Shown here: one piece after another, positions 52,191 through 64,000 of the stretch | Layout: every line of letters starts with the position of its first letter | Numbering within the stretch: the first letter of the stretch is position 1 | From: Callorhinchus milii | Lineage: Eukaryota | DNA length: 64,000 nucleotides | Direction of reading: 5' to 3' | Assembly: GCF_018977255.1 (NCBI RefSeq) | Contig: NW_024704742.1 | Span: 65,164,001 to 65,228,000 of the forward strand | Notes under the pieces: model-generated | Database searches by the model: none | Told to the model about the DNA's origin: nothing | Seen by the model: only the letters and a program-made list of their open reading frames with translations | Program-made: the position numbers and the translations under genes

Positions 52191-52770
52191 GAGGGAAGTG
52201 CTGAAAGATCTTTTAATAGTTAACAAGCATAAAATAAAATAGACACTTGGCCAAAGCACCAGAGTTCTGCTGCTTTTTGTGGAATTGCCATATCAAGAGA
52301 GGAGAAAATTGGAACAAAAAATGGCAATATTCTTCATTAATCTATAATGTCTAAAAATCATGAACAGTGGAACATTTCTTAATGAAGAGAGTTAAATAGC
52401 AGAACTTAGAATTTTTATACTGCTACTAGTAGTATGAAATAATTAGATCAGATAATATTACAAATATTATTTTGATATTGGGATTTGGAGGGAGAGCAGT
52501 GACCTGGACGTTAAAGCACATTTGGAGGCAAATCCCTGGAGTGAGATTCCAAAAAGATTTTACAGTATTTTAAGTTAAAATTGGAAAACAGAAACAAAAT
52601 GGATTCTTTTAAACCTAGAATCATAGAATCTTATAGCACAGAAGAAGGCCATTTGGCCCATTGTGTCTGTGCCAGTTCTTTGAAAAAGCTATCCAACTCC
52701 TTGCTCCTACCCCATAGCCCTACACATTTTGCAAATTCTGTTGTTTCAATAAGGATTGTTGCACAATTTT

Positions 52771-53144
52771 TAATAATAATCCTTGCATTTGATTTAGTCC
52801 CTTATCATGTCTTCGAGTCGTCTCAAAGCTCTTTACAGAATATACTGTAAAGTGAATTGACTGTATATTTTGTGGGCGAAATGTGGCAGCCAATTGCGCA
52901 CAGCAGTGTCTCACAAACAGTCGTGGAATGAGTGACCAAATTATTAGTATTTTTTTTGAAGGGATCATTATCCCCGTAAAAGCGATATGCCAATCGACTA
53001 ACAACCGGGTTCCTACTTACTGCTAAGTAAATAAAGGCGTGTGGAGTAAGGAGACTTGCTCAACATTTCACCCTGCCTGGGAATTAAACCCAGGTTCTCT
53101 CGCTTGCGAGACGAATGCTCTAACCACTAAGCTACAGGACTCCA
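52771..53144 (-). mobile_element. tRNA-derived SINE, long subfamily
   Basis: Reverse-complement match to 35592-35960. Confidence 0.88.
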
Positions 53145-54611
53145 TGATGAAGATATACAGAAGAAATGGACTGATCTTTGTGTAATTTCTGGGATATTGC
53201 TATTCTTGATTCTAGTATATAGTGGTTGTTCTGCATTTTAGTTTATCACGAATGCATGAGGTTGATTCTTGTAAAGATTATACACTGAAATTTTGTTGAG
53301 GGATAAGGGCTTTGCAAGAAAATGATTCAATGAATGTCTTGATGTGAACATTTATTCAATGATTACTGTGCTCACATTACTTCTGTTGACTGTAGGGGCC
53401 CGTATTGGATGACACAGTTCTCACTGAATTAAAGTAACCAACCCAAGTTCTGATCAGGTGAGGCTCAGGAGAAAATTAATTGATCCAGACGTAAAGGAGG
53501 AAGAACGTGGTGAAATGGAGAAATTTACAGCGCAGAAAGAGGACAGTCAGCCTATCAAATCTGCACCAGCTCTCAGAGCAAACAATGTGAAAAAGAGTAA
53601 ACAGAAATAATTGCCTATAACTTGGCAGACCATGAGATCACAGTCAGGGTGGTTAGTTTGCTTTGGGGAAAATTCCATGTCAACTTAATCGGGTTTGTAC
53701 ATCATGAAAGCAGTAAGTAGTGGTGGATCTGTTGATTTGGAGAAGTTGAAGTGGTGACTTCAATAAATGCCTTCCATCCCATTCAATGTCATCTGTCAGA
53801 ACCTCACTGATCCAAACTGTTTTCAGAATTGTGCTAATAGTTCTCACCGCTAACTGCATTTGCAACAAAAGCACAAATCTGAATAGAGACAAATATTCTG
53901 ACTGGGTTTATTCAAAGGAACCAGGACCTTCTGAACCTCATGATTGAACCACCTGCTTTCAAACACTCAGCACTGTTCCTAGACCAGCACAGAGACACAG
54001 CCACCGGCAGCCCAGCAACAGGAACACTCATTGAACATGGACAATGTAACCTCTCCACTGGTGGAAGATGAATTGAAGAGGTTCAGGAGAGATTGCAGGC
54101 CTAAAAGGAAGGCTGTTGGCTCTCTGCAAGGAATCTTCCCAATGATCCTAAGTGTTGTTCATTTTTCCTTTATGAAATTAACCTCTATCTACACTGGGTG
54201 ACTATCATGTCGCAAGAACTGTTAAGCTAGCAGAAATATTCAGAAAAGACCATTTGGCTCATCAAATCCACTTCCTCCAATCCAAAATCTACACTATAAT
54301 GAACACAAAATATACAATCAATTCACTTTACAGTATATCCTGTGAAGTGCTTTGAGACGTCTCAAAGACAGGATAAGGCGCTAGATCAAATGCAAGGATC
54401 ATTATTATTATTTTTATCATTCTACCACTACGTAGAGACCTCTGAACCCCAAAATTAATCAAACAAAAAATCAACAGGTTGTTGGGAAGGATAATTGAGA
54501 CCAGGATACATTTAAGAAGCAGCTTGATGCTGCAATGGAAGCTTAATAGAATGTGCATACTAGAAGAATAAAACCAAATGGGCTAAAGGGAGTTCTTCAT
54601 CCAAACTTAGA

Positions 54612-54912
54612 GTAAATAAGGGGAAACTGTTTCTACTGGCGGGTGGGTCGATAACCAGAGGACACAGATTTAAGATAATTGGCAAAAGAACCAGAGGAGA
54701 GATGAGGAGAATTTTTTTTACTCAGCCAGTTATGATCTGCCTGAAAGGGTGGTGGAAGCAGATTCACTAATGACTTTCAAAGGGGAATTGGATATATACT
54801 TAAAAAGAAAAAAAATTGCGGAGAAGTGGGACTAATTGGATAGCTCTTTCAAAGAGCAGGCACAGGCACGATGGACCGAATGGCCTCCTGTGCTGTAGGA
54901 TTCTATGATTCT
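54612..54912 (+). mobile_element. CR1 LINE 3' end
   Basis: Colinear with 60490-60805. Confidence 0.85.
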
Positions 54913-56163
54913 AAGTTCTCTTGTGATATTATGAACTTCTTTTAACACATGCTCAAATAGTTTCAAGATATAACCTAGGATGCAATTAGTTTTGTTAACA
55001 GCAGCTTCACATTGACTGGAAACCTTCAGTGAACGATCAATAATTACACGCTAGTTCTTTTCCACTCCATCTCTGCTAATGAATTAAAAACAAACAGAAC
55101 CCCTGCAGTTCCAAATAACTTCAGTCAGCAGTAAGCAACATGATTCTATGCTCGTAAGGTAGAAATCTTTAGTCCCACTGGAGCACTTAACATGAGTGTT
55201 TGAAGCACTTGGTTCTCCTCTGAAGTAAGAAATTGCACTGTTCAAGAATATTTAGCTTCTGTTAACTAGGACAAGAGTGGAATTAATCAGGAATCAAAAC
55301 CATTCAGGATTTGAAATTCTAAAGATGCAATATAATAATTTGGAATAAAATCAATCTCTTGCACCATGCATTAACTGATCATTTGAATTCTCTTAACTAC
55401 TGCAATGCAGAAACACCAACTTTGATCTCTAAACAGTCACACTCAAAGCAACTGTAATGAGCTCAAAGGCGAGTTGATATGAGCGTTATCAAATCAAGTA
55501 CAATAAAGCCAGATTAACATTTTAATCGCTGAAGGGAGATTTGATCCAGAAGTAAAATTATTTTCAAAAGGAGCCACACATGAAGGTGATAACTTTGATC
55601 CCAGGTGAGGAAGAACTAGCACAGACCAACACTTCCCACTAAATCACACCTCCCGCTCACCAATCACTTCTTAGAATCATAGAAAATTTACAGAAGAAAG
55701 TCATTTAGTTGCTGTCCAACAAGCTGGACCAGGATAAGAGGCGAAAACAACCAGAAAAAGAACAAATTTGGGATGGAATGTGGGGGAGGCCACAACATGA
55801 TGATGCAAAGCATCCCATTGCGTTCTGAGACATGTGATTTTTTACAATAATTGAATCAAGCTCTGTATTGGCGTTGTTATTAATAGGATTGGACTCTAAC
55901 TTTATCACCTTGTACCTCAGAACCTCAGCAGCTGCTTACAGCCCCAGCATGAGTTGTTGTTCTAATCCTGTGGAATGCTGACAATGTCCAATGACCTCTT
56001 TTTCTTTCTCAGGCAAAATTAATACCAACAGTTTGAGAAATGAGACCATTGTCTTAACATTTAAGATTGTGCAGAAATCTGTAAACTCCTTTTCGAGCGA
56101 TACCATCAAAATTCCTTTTCTAATAGAAACATTAGCAAAATTCAAATGTTGGTGAAGACTTAC

Positions 56164-56247
56164 CTTCGCTGATGGCAATGTACGTGCTTTAAACTCTCTG
56201 GCTCTCACCATAGCCTCTTCATCCTTTATAACTTCTGCCAAAGCATT
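56164..56247 (-). CDS. CFAP99: CFAP99 exon (NALAEVIKDEEAMVRAREFKARTLPSAK)
   Basis: tttatgacag / gtaagt, 84 nt, phase 0-0. Confidence 0.85.
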
Positions 56248-57169
56248 CTGTCATAAAAACATAAGAACATAAGAATTGCTAGACAAAAAAAGACCAAGGT
56301 CCATCCAGTTCAACTTCTACCAACTTGGCAGACACATGTATATGTCATGTCCCAAACTATATACTGTATCCCAATATATTATTTCCTAAAATAAATCAAT
56401 TTAATTCGCTTATGAAACAATCAACACATTCTACTTCCACCATCTTCCTCGGAGCCTGCTCCTTACATTTACTACTCTTTCATTGAAATAGGGTTACCAC
56501 AGATTTCTTTTTTATTTAACCTTTCAATCGCCATGGCCATGTCCTCTGATTCTACTGTTCGGGACAAGATAAAACAGCTGTACAGGGTACAATAAATAAA
56601 TAAAAGTAACTATGGAAACTAAAACACTTGAGAAATACTGATGGAAAGATTTATATTTGAATGTGCAAGTGTGTGACTGTAATTCATTTGTGTACAAGTT
56701 AGAAAGAAATTTTAACGGAGCACTCCCCTTGTCCTTCATTTTATTGTGAAACTTTTGCTTGAACATGCAATTTAGCATTTGAACATCAAATAAATGCATT
56801 TACAAAGAGGCTATTCATGGGTAAGATGTGTATTATTAGATTTACTAGGTTAATCATTGTTCAAAATAAAAGTTTAAAATCTTGTTATATTACCTGTCCC
56901 AACTGTACATGTCATGAAAATAATGAGTACTCTCAGATGCTACACTGCATGAAGGACACTGTATAAATGCAAGTTGTTGTTGAAATCAATGACCACTGAG
57001 CTGTGAAATGGAGAAGCCCCAAGTCTTCATCTCAGCTTCAATCATTGAAAACCCATTGCTCTCACCTCCAAATAGAAGGAGATAGCCATGATAATGAAAA
57101 GAGGAGGTAAATAATATGTACTAAATCTAATGTTAAAGTTGGAAAAAGACAGATTAAGAACACTACGTA

Positions 57170-57582
57170 TAATGTGATACAGCACATTTCACGTCTCAAA
57201 GCGATTCACAGGATATGCTATAAAGCGTAGTGACTGTGTATTTTGTGGGTGAAACTCAGCAGCCAATGCCACTGCGCACATAAATGACCCATAAAGAGTC
57301 ACAAATTAAATGACTTTTTTTTATTTTGGGGATTGTTGGCCAGGACACCAGGAGAAATTCCCTTCTCCCTTTCAAATAATGCCATGGGATCTTTAACATC
57401 CACCTGAACAGGCAGACGGGACCTTGGTTTCACAACTCATCAAAAGGATGGCACCTCCAACAATGCAACTCATCCATCAGAGTGTCAGCAAAGAGAATAT
57501 GAGTTCCAAGTCCCAATGTGGGGCTTGAACCCATAAAATTCTGAAACAGAGGCAAGAGTGTTACTAATTGAGCCAGGCTGAT
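57170..57582 (-). mobile_element. Deu-domain SINE, near full length
   Basis: Reverse complement has head, ccgtctgcctgttcaggtggatgttaaagatcccatggcattatttgaa core and L2-type tail. Confidence 0.8.
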
Positions 57583-57642
57583 ACACAGGGTTTTAATTCA
57601 CTTATTTTTAAGGCTTAATTCACATACTAAATCATCTTGTAC

Positions 57643-57711
57643 CTGTTTGCGGTCGGAATTACGGTATTCAGCACACTTGAACTGATTAACATTTGCCTCT
57701 ATGAGTTGTAG
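57643..57711 (-). CDS. CFAP99: CFAP99 exon (LQLIEANVNQFKCAEYRNSDRKQ)
   Basis: ttttcccttag / gtacaa, 69 nt, phase 0-0, open frame continuous with neighbours. Confidence 0.85.
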
Positions 57712-58007
57712 CTAAGGGAAAAGAAGGTACATTTAGAATCTGTTACCATATGCCAACCTAGTGACAGCCTTTGTCCATTTCTATCCCCTTCAGATACCAT
57801 TCCAATTGTTTCAATCAGACCTCAACTGCTTAAAGGTAATACCACAAAAACAAATGCAAGCAGGTAAGAGCTTATTAGAAGAGAGTTATTGTAGATTCTA
57901 CAATCAGCTTCCTCATGGTGCTGAACAGTTTGTGCACGTTATCAAACATCATGGGGTGAAATTGCTGCCCTGCTCATATCTTAGTATGACCTCACCCCTG
58001 ACCTTAT

Positions 58008-58262
58008 CAACAACAACAAAATTACATTTGTAGAGCGCCTTTCACGTCGGGAGGACGTCCCAAGGCGCTGGACAGTAGTGTTTCGGGCACAAGCTGGGGT
58101 CGGGATCAGGGAGGGTGGAGGGCAGGCAGAGAAGGAAGGTGACCAAAAGCACGGTTGAAGAGGAGGGTCTTGAGATGGGTCTTGAAGGAGGCAAGGGAGG
58201 GTTGAGGCTGAGGGACTGTGTGATGGAGTTCCAGAGGGTGGGGGCAGAGTGGCTGACGGCCC
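58008..58262 (-). mobile_element. L2 LINE 3' end, little diverged
   Basis: Reverse complement ends cagcgccttgggacgtcctcccgacgtgaaaggcgctctacaaatgtaattttgttgttg. Confidence 0.85.
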
Positions 58263-59789
58263 TATCAGAATGGATGCTTTACTTTATTGGACTTGGTGGC
58301 CCGCAAGTTGGGGCAATGCATTGCTCCTTAGTGGGAAAACAGCTTCCCTACAATATTTTGAGTTCAGCTGGTGTTCCCAATAACCAGCCACTAATACGGG
58401 CTCAAAAGTCCAATGGTACCCGTGGCCAGCTTTAGGCCCAACCAGTGTGATGCAGTTGGAGGGCAGAGGCCTTTAATTATCGACAAGATAGAATTTTCAA
58501 CAATATGTTAGTTAATATACTACAGCGCACAAATGCTACAACTTTATTTATAATATTTTGTTTTGCCCTTTCACATTGTAGAATGTGCATAAAATGCCAC
58601 AATCGGGTGTTTCTCTTTTCTGGCCCCAGTTGAAAGGTATGCAGAGCAGGCTGTGCAGTATACGTCTACTTCCAGCTTCACACTGCCAAAAGGGAGGAGT
58701 GTTTTTTCTCTGAGCTGTGTAAATACAATAACTTACTTTACTACAAAGCCTCATTTGCTTTTTACTATGAAGAGCCAATCAGTATCATATATTAAGTGTT
58801 ACAATAGAGGGTTTATTGTGATTGATTATCTCTGTCCTTGTCTATCAATGTTTTTAGTCCAGTATATTTAGTGTTGCACTCTCATGTGGAACTGATTGCA
58901 TTTCTTTGAAAATCCTGTATCATTGGGAGGACTGAATATATTTAAATAAGCTTCTCATGTTCAAAGGAATCTCATGTGGAACATGGTTTTATTGAGCTAC
59001 TGGATAAAGAGAAGAACCTCCAGATGTCATTTGCTGAATATTATACTTGCAAATTCTCCATCCAAGCCCTACCAACAGGGAAATTGGACATTAAGGAAAA
59101 TCTTTGTCCACTTTTCCATCAGTTTTAACTATTTAATTTTAAGATAGTATTTTGAGAAGCAGCATTGAACCATTGTGCTCTGTGATCAGCAATACTGAAG
59201 GCCGCTCTACAACAGATAATAACATTGATATTAGACATTGCTTGCTCTTGTCGGTTGATGTGATAAGAATCACATTAGACGTCACATTTTCCACACATTA
59301 ATTTGGTTGGAAACTGCTTTTTGGAGCATATGAAAGTACCAATTCAAACTTCTAATCATGGCCATATCCATCAGATTTAGACACAGTGGGATTTTGTAAA
59401 TTGACAATATGCTATCCAACATCAGTAACATTTAGGAATTTTTGAAGGTAGGTTTTTAATTCTGCAGTTTACGAAAGTATTTATATTTCCACAAGCTGTC
59501 ATGTTGACATAGAAAGACAATTTGTGTTCAAAAATTAAATAGAATTAAAAAAAATCTATATATTTTGTTGATTCAATTTCTTACCATCATTGCCAAGATC
59601 ACCAATTTGGTTTAGATCTTCGAAAAGCTGGGGACGTGGATTCAGCAAGTAGCACAGAATTTATTTAAGTTTAAAGACCAGAGCTTACAAACTTATTGAA
59701 CAGATAAAAAATACACAAGAAGTTACACTTGTAATCGCTCTGAGACACTACCCTGCGAGGAGGGCGCTATATAAGTGCAAATTGTTGTA

Positions 59790-60090
59790 TAGGGCTATTT
59801 ATATCGGAAAGACGTCCCAGGGTGCTTGACAGTCAGGGTTTTTTGGACCTGAGTTAGGGTTCCCAGGGTGCTTGACAGTCAGGGTTTTTTGGACCTGAGT
59901 TAGGGTTCCCAGGGTGCTTGACAGTCAGGGTTTTTTGGACCTGAGTTAGGATTAGGAGAGTTGGAGGGTGGCGGGTGTGGGCTGAGAGGGTAGCCAAAGA
60001 CATGATCAACGAGGAAGGTCTTTAGACAGAACTTGAAGGAAGTAAAAGAGGGGGTGATGAGGAGGGATTGCGGGATAGAGTTCCAGTGTG
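59790..60090 (-). mobile_element. L2 LINE 3' end containing a 46-bp tandem triplication
   Basis: L2 3'UTR similarity; unit tcccagggtgcttgacagtcagggttttttggacctgagttagggt starts at 59815, 59861 and 59907. Confidence 0.8.
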
Positions 60091-60100
60091 TGGGGGCAGA

Positions 60101-60146
60101 GATGATGATGATGATGATGATCATAATAATAATAATAATAATAATA
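60101..60146. repeat. Compound microsatellite (GAT)n(AAT)n
   Basis: Directly visible. Confidence 0.9.
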
Positions 60147-60169
60147 TGCTTCCAACAAGCCAAATACAT

Positions 60170-60805
60170 GCAAATCAAAAGGCTTTAAATTTCAAATTTC
60201 TAGGCTTTAGAAATAGGTGCATACAATACAAAAGTCAGGAAGTTATGATGAACCTTTATAAAACACTGCTTAGGCCTCAGCTAGAATACTGTGTTCAGTT
60301 CTGAGCCCCACACTTTAGGAAGGATGTTAAGGCATTGGAGAGGGTGCAAAGGAGATTTACCAGGAATGAGGGACTTCAGTTGTGAGGAGAGGCTAAAGAA
60401 GCTAGGGTTATTCTCTTTGGAGCAGAGAAGGTTAAGAGAAGACTTAACAGAAGTTTTCAAAATTATGAGGGGATTCGATAGGGTGAACAAGGAGAAACTA
60501 TTTCCACTGGCGAGTGTGTCGGTAACCCAGGGACACCGATTTAAAATAGTTATTAAAAGAAAGAGTGAAGAGAAATGTTTTCACCCAGCGAGTTCTTCAG
60601 ATCTGGAATGCATTGAAAGGGTGGCGGAAGCCGATTCGATAACAGCTTTTAAGAGAGAAGTAGATAATTATATGGGGAGGACAAGTTTGCAGTGCTATGG
60701 GTAGGGGGGAGTGGGATTGATTTGGATAGCTCTTTTCAAAGAGCTGGCACACACACGATGGGCCGAATGGCCTCCTTCTGTGCTGTACAATTCTGTGACT
60801 CTATG
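60170..60805 (+). mobile_element. CR1-clade LINE 3' fragment
   Basis: Peptides LYKTLLRPQLEYCVQF and ERLKKLGLFSLEQRRLREDLTEVFKIMRG; 3'UTR gggccgaatggcctccttctgtgctgtacaattct. Confidence 0.92.
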
Positions 60806-61003
60806 AATGTTGAGCGAGTTTGTTTCCAGAAAGAAAGACACAAATCATTTGAACCATAAATATATAATTTATATTGCTGGGTGCATCCTTTAAAATCTAT
60901 AATCAGCTCTTATCGTTTTAACTGAAATTACTTCCTCTTCATATCATCAAAAAGGTTTTCTGTCTCCACTTATGGTTCAGAAAAAGTCTGTAAGAATTCT
61001 AAC

Positions 61004-61084
61004 CTCTGCCTTCTGCCGATTTTTCTTTCTAATTTCCTGTAACAGCTGCATCTCTTTGGGAGGTTCATATGTGCTTCGAGGTAC
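61004..61084 (-). CDS. CFAP99: CFAP99 internal exon (VPRSTYEPPKEMQLLQEIRKKNRQKAE); gene continues beyond the window end
   Basis: ttcctgcag / gttaga, 81 nt, phase 0-0; resembles the recalled vertebrate CFAP99 segment VPRSTYQPPKE...NRRKAE. Confidence 0.88.
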
Positions 61085-61189
61085 CTGCAGGAAATAGAAT
61101 GATGCATAATCAGTATCTGAAATCTCGGTAAAGTCAAAAAATAAATTTACTAGCCCAATGTCTTCAGGTTTGTTTTATAATAATAATAA

Positions 61190-61625
61190 ACACTTTGCAT
61201 TTGGTAAAGTGTTTTATCATATCATCAAGACATCTCAAAGCACTTTACAGAATTTTACTGTAAAGTGTAGTGACCTGTGTATTTGTAGCTGAACACAGAA
61301 GCCAATTTGCGTACAACAAATTCCCATAAACATGTCAAACAAACAGCTATGAAGTGAATGATCAATTTTATTTGAGGAATTGTTGGCCAGGATACCAGGA
61401 GAAACTCCCTTCTCTTTTCAAATAGTGCCATGGGATCTTTAGAGTCCACCTTAACAGGCAGATGGGGCCTCGGTTTAATGTTTCACCCAAGAGATGGCAC
61501 CTTCAACAATGCAGCAAACCTCCAGCACTGCATTGGAGCGATAGCCAAGCCTGAGAGTTTAAAGTCCCAATTTGAACCCACGACCTTCTGGCTTAGAGGA
61601 AAAAGTGTTACCAACTGAGCCAGGT
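61190..61625 (-). mobile_element. Deu-domain SINE, near full length
   Basis: Colinear with 57170-57582. Confidence 0.8.
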
Positions 61626-62337
61626 TGACACACATATAGCGACTGGGGCAGACTTCCCAAATACTGCATGGGAAACATGATTTCTGCCTTGCTGTGGTGC
61701 CAGACAGGGGGAGGGGAGAGAGGTTGTTTGTGGGAGGGACAGAGGACACCGCTGAATAGTGGAGAAGTGGGAAAGGGGGAATATTATTAAGCTTTCTAAG
61801 CATTGGTATAAATGTTTCCTGAACCTTTGGGTCTTCCACATAAAAATAAATAGCTCAGAGAGTTTAACAGATTGAGATGAATTNAAAAATGAAGTGAATG
61901 TGTTATGTAGGCAAATGCAGCAGCCAATTTGCACGAGCAAACTCCCACAAATAATAATGAGATGCGATACTGAGCGTGAAATCCATTTTAGGCTGTTTTG
62001 TGTGGACAGGGGAGATTGACAGCCTTTTCCAGGCTTACAGTTTTGTAACTGTAGGTAAAGTGAATTGTGAATTACTAACAGATGATTCTAATTGCTCTTA
62101 ACTAATACACTCCATCTGACGGAGTTTAACAGATATTCTCGTTATATTAATAAAGTGATAATTTGTATACTTGATATGCACTTCTATTCGTGATTGTATA
62201 TAATTTTCTTATCTCATTTCTGGGAATCTCAATGAGTATGGACATTGATCACTTTGCACTGATCTTTTGAATTGTAAATATTTCTGCTCAGGGTGTCAGA
62301 TATTACTCTAAAACCAAATGGTGACTTTAGTCCTTCC

Positions 62338-63312
62338 ACATGTAGGTGGATGACATCCAACTCTATCTCTGTGCCTCCACCCTCAACTCCAGGACCATTG
62401 CTGTCCTGACAGAATGTTTGTCATGCCAAGTCCTGGATAAGAACTAACTTTCTTCAACAAGACCGAGGCCCTCCTGATTGGCGCCTGTCAGCACCTCCAC
62501 ACCTCAGGCACTGATAGAATCACCATTCAAGGATGCACACTCCATCCTTTTCACTGAGACAGTCCGAACCTTGGCAACTTGTTTGACCCTCAACTATCCT
62601 TTCTACCCCACGTCTGTGCCATGACCCGCTCTGCCTTCCCCCACCTCTGCAACATCGCCCGGTTTTGCCACTGGCTCACACCGCAGGCCGTTGAAACCCT
62701 CATACATGCATTCATAACATCCAAGCATGACTATGCAAACTCCTTGCTTGTCAGCCTATCCAACTCTTCCCCTCAATAGGTTGCAGATCATCCAGAACTC
62801 TGCAGCCCATGTCCTCTCCGGCACCAGGCTCCATTACCCTATCACCCCATCTTTGCCCAATTCCACTGGCTTCCCATCACACAGAGAATACAGTTCAAGA
62901 TCCTGGTCCTCACCTTCAAAGCCTCCATGGCCTTGCTCCCCCCTACCTTGCTCCTCTCCTAACCCTCTACCAGCCTCCCCCCTCCCTCCTCTCAGCAGGC
63001 TCTGGCCTGCTTCACGTCCCCCTCCTCGCCAACCCCACCATTGGCGGGCGGACCTTCAGCCACTCTGCCCCCACCGTCTGGAACTCCATCCCGCCAGTCT
63101 CTCTGCCTCGCCCCCTCCCTTGCCTCCTTCAAGACGCATCTCAAGACCCTTCTCTTCGACCATGCCTTCAATCACCTTCCTTGCTTCTCTGCCCTCCACC
63201 TTCCCCGATCCTGACCCCCAGCTCGGGTCCAAAACACTGATTGTCCAGCACCTTGGGATGTCCTCCAGAAGTGAAAGGCACTATACAAATGTAATTTTGT
63301 TGTTGTTGTTGA
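62338..63312 (+). mobile_element. L2-clade LINE 3' fragment, same family as 495-1540
   Basis: Colinear similarity with the first copy; RLQIIQNSAAHVL and GGRTFSHSAPTVWNS peptides; tail gtgaaaggcactatacaaatgtaa(TTG)n. Confidence 0.92.
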
Positions 63313-64000
63313 TGTTATTTAATTGCAGTTTTAAAATTTCTATTGTAGTAAACCACCATCCAAATACATTATAAATGACTGTTCAAACATGCTGCTATTA
63401 TAATAATGTATTATGTTTGTAGAATGTAAAATGTGATTGAGTGAAACAAGCCATCATCCACCTGATCAGAGAGATTTACCATCTATATCTCAGACTATTT
63501 TTTGCTTCATGTTGGATTGACACGTGAAGGTGCAAATTGCAGCCTGCGTTGCACAGAATTAATTAACGTTACTGTTAAATAATGCATCGCTGAAAATTCT
63601 GTTGATAACTAGACATCGACTGGTTTGCGGTGTGATAACTCCTGTGCCCTAAATCAATGGTTGAACCAAGCTTACGGAGAGTACTATTTGGTTATAAATT
63701 AGTGGGATACCAACTTAATTCTGTTCTATTTTTACTTGAATTAAACCAGTAAATTAATGTACTCCACCTATAAGTTAGGAAATTCTAGGCGAAGCAATTT
63801 CTGAATGTATCCTCCTGGATTCAAGGAGAAATATTATGGTAAAAAACATGCAGTTTACAGTTCTAGAATGGCTCCATTCTGATTAATTAGGATGGGCGCT
63901 ATGTCCTAATACGGGACTCAATTTGCCCCTACCTAACCATGGAAAAATACAGCACTGATCAGATATTACTGGTGCTATGATTCTCTATTAATATATTAGC

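Noticed and set aside
59815..59950. CRISPR-like or telomeric repeat
   Set aside because: Direct tandem units with no spacers in a vertebrate L2 tail; at most one TTAGGG per unit.
62579..63374. 215-aa and 143-aa ORFs
   Set aside because: Frameshifted L2 ORF2 remnants and off-frame readings; no intact reverse transcriptase.

Overview
Vertebrate genomic DNA, by repeat content most likely a cartilaginous fish (inference, possibly a chimaera). Almost none of the supplied six-frame ORFs are real genes. Reading splice sites on the minus strand gives two tandem genes. (1) A complete RNF4 (SUMO-targeted RING E3 ligase): 7 coding exons from 22568 down to 13145, 627 nt, 208 aa, including a 13-nt microexon, with a CpG-rich promoter at about 28.5-29.45 kb carrying three ACTACAnnTCCC (ZNF143/THAP11-type) motifs. 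(2) The 3' part of CFAP99: 10 coding exons from 61084 down to 32151, all phase-compatible; its 5' exons lie beyond the window. The CFAP99-RNF4 order matches human 4p16.3. The rest is dense in L2 and CR1 LINE fragments, tRNA-derived SINEs of three related architectures with L2-type tails, and two Penelope-like fold-back remnants carrying minimal hammerhead ribozyme cores (one with a 13-bp target-site duplication). Also seen: a SINE inserted in reverse into a sister SINE, several inverted repeats, a near-consensus CTCF site, and a possible first exon of a third gene near 4.45 kb. I found no clearly novel system; the hammerhead-bearing fold-back elements are the most interesting lead. Repeat boundaries are approximate; exon boundaries were read by hand.
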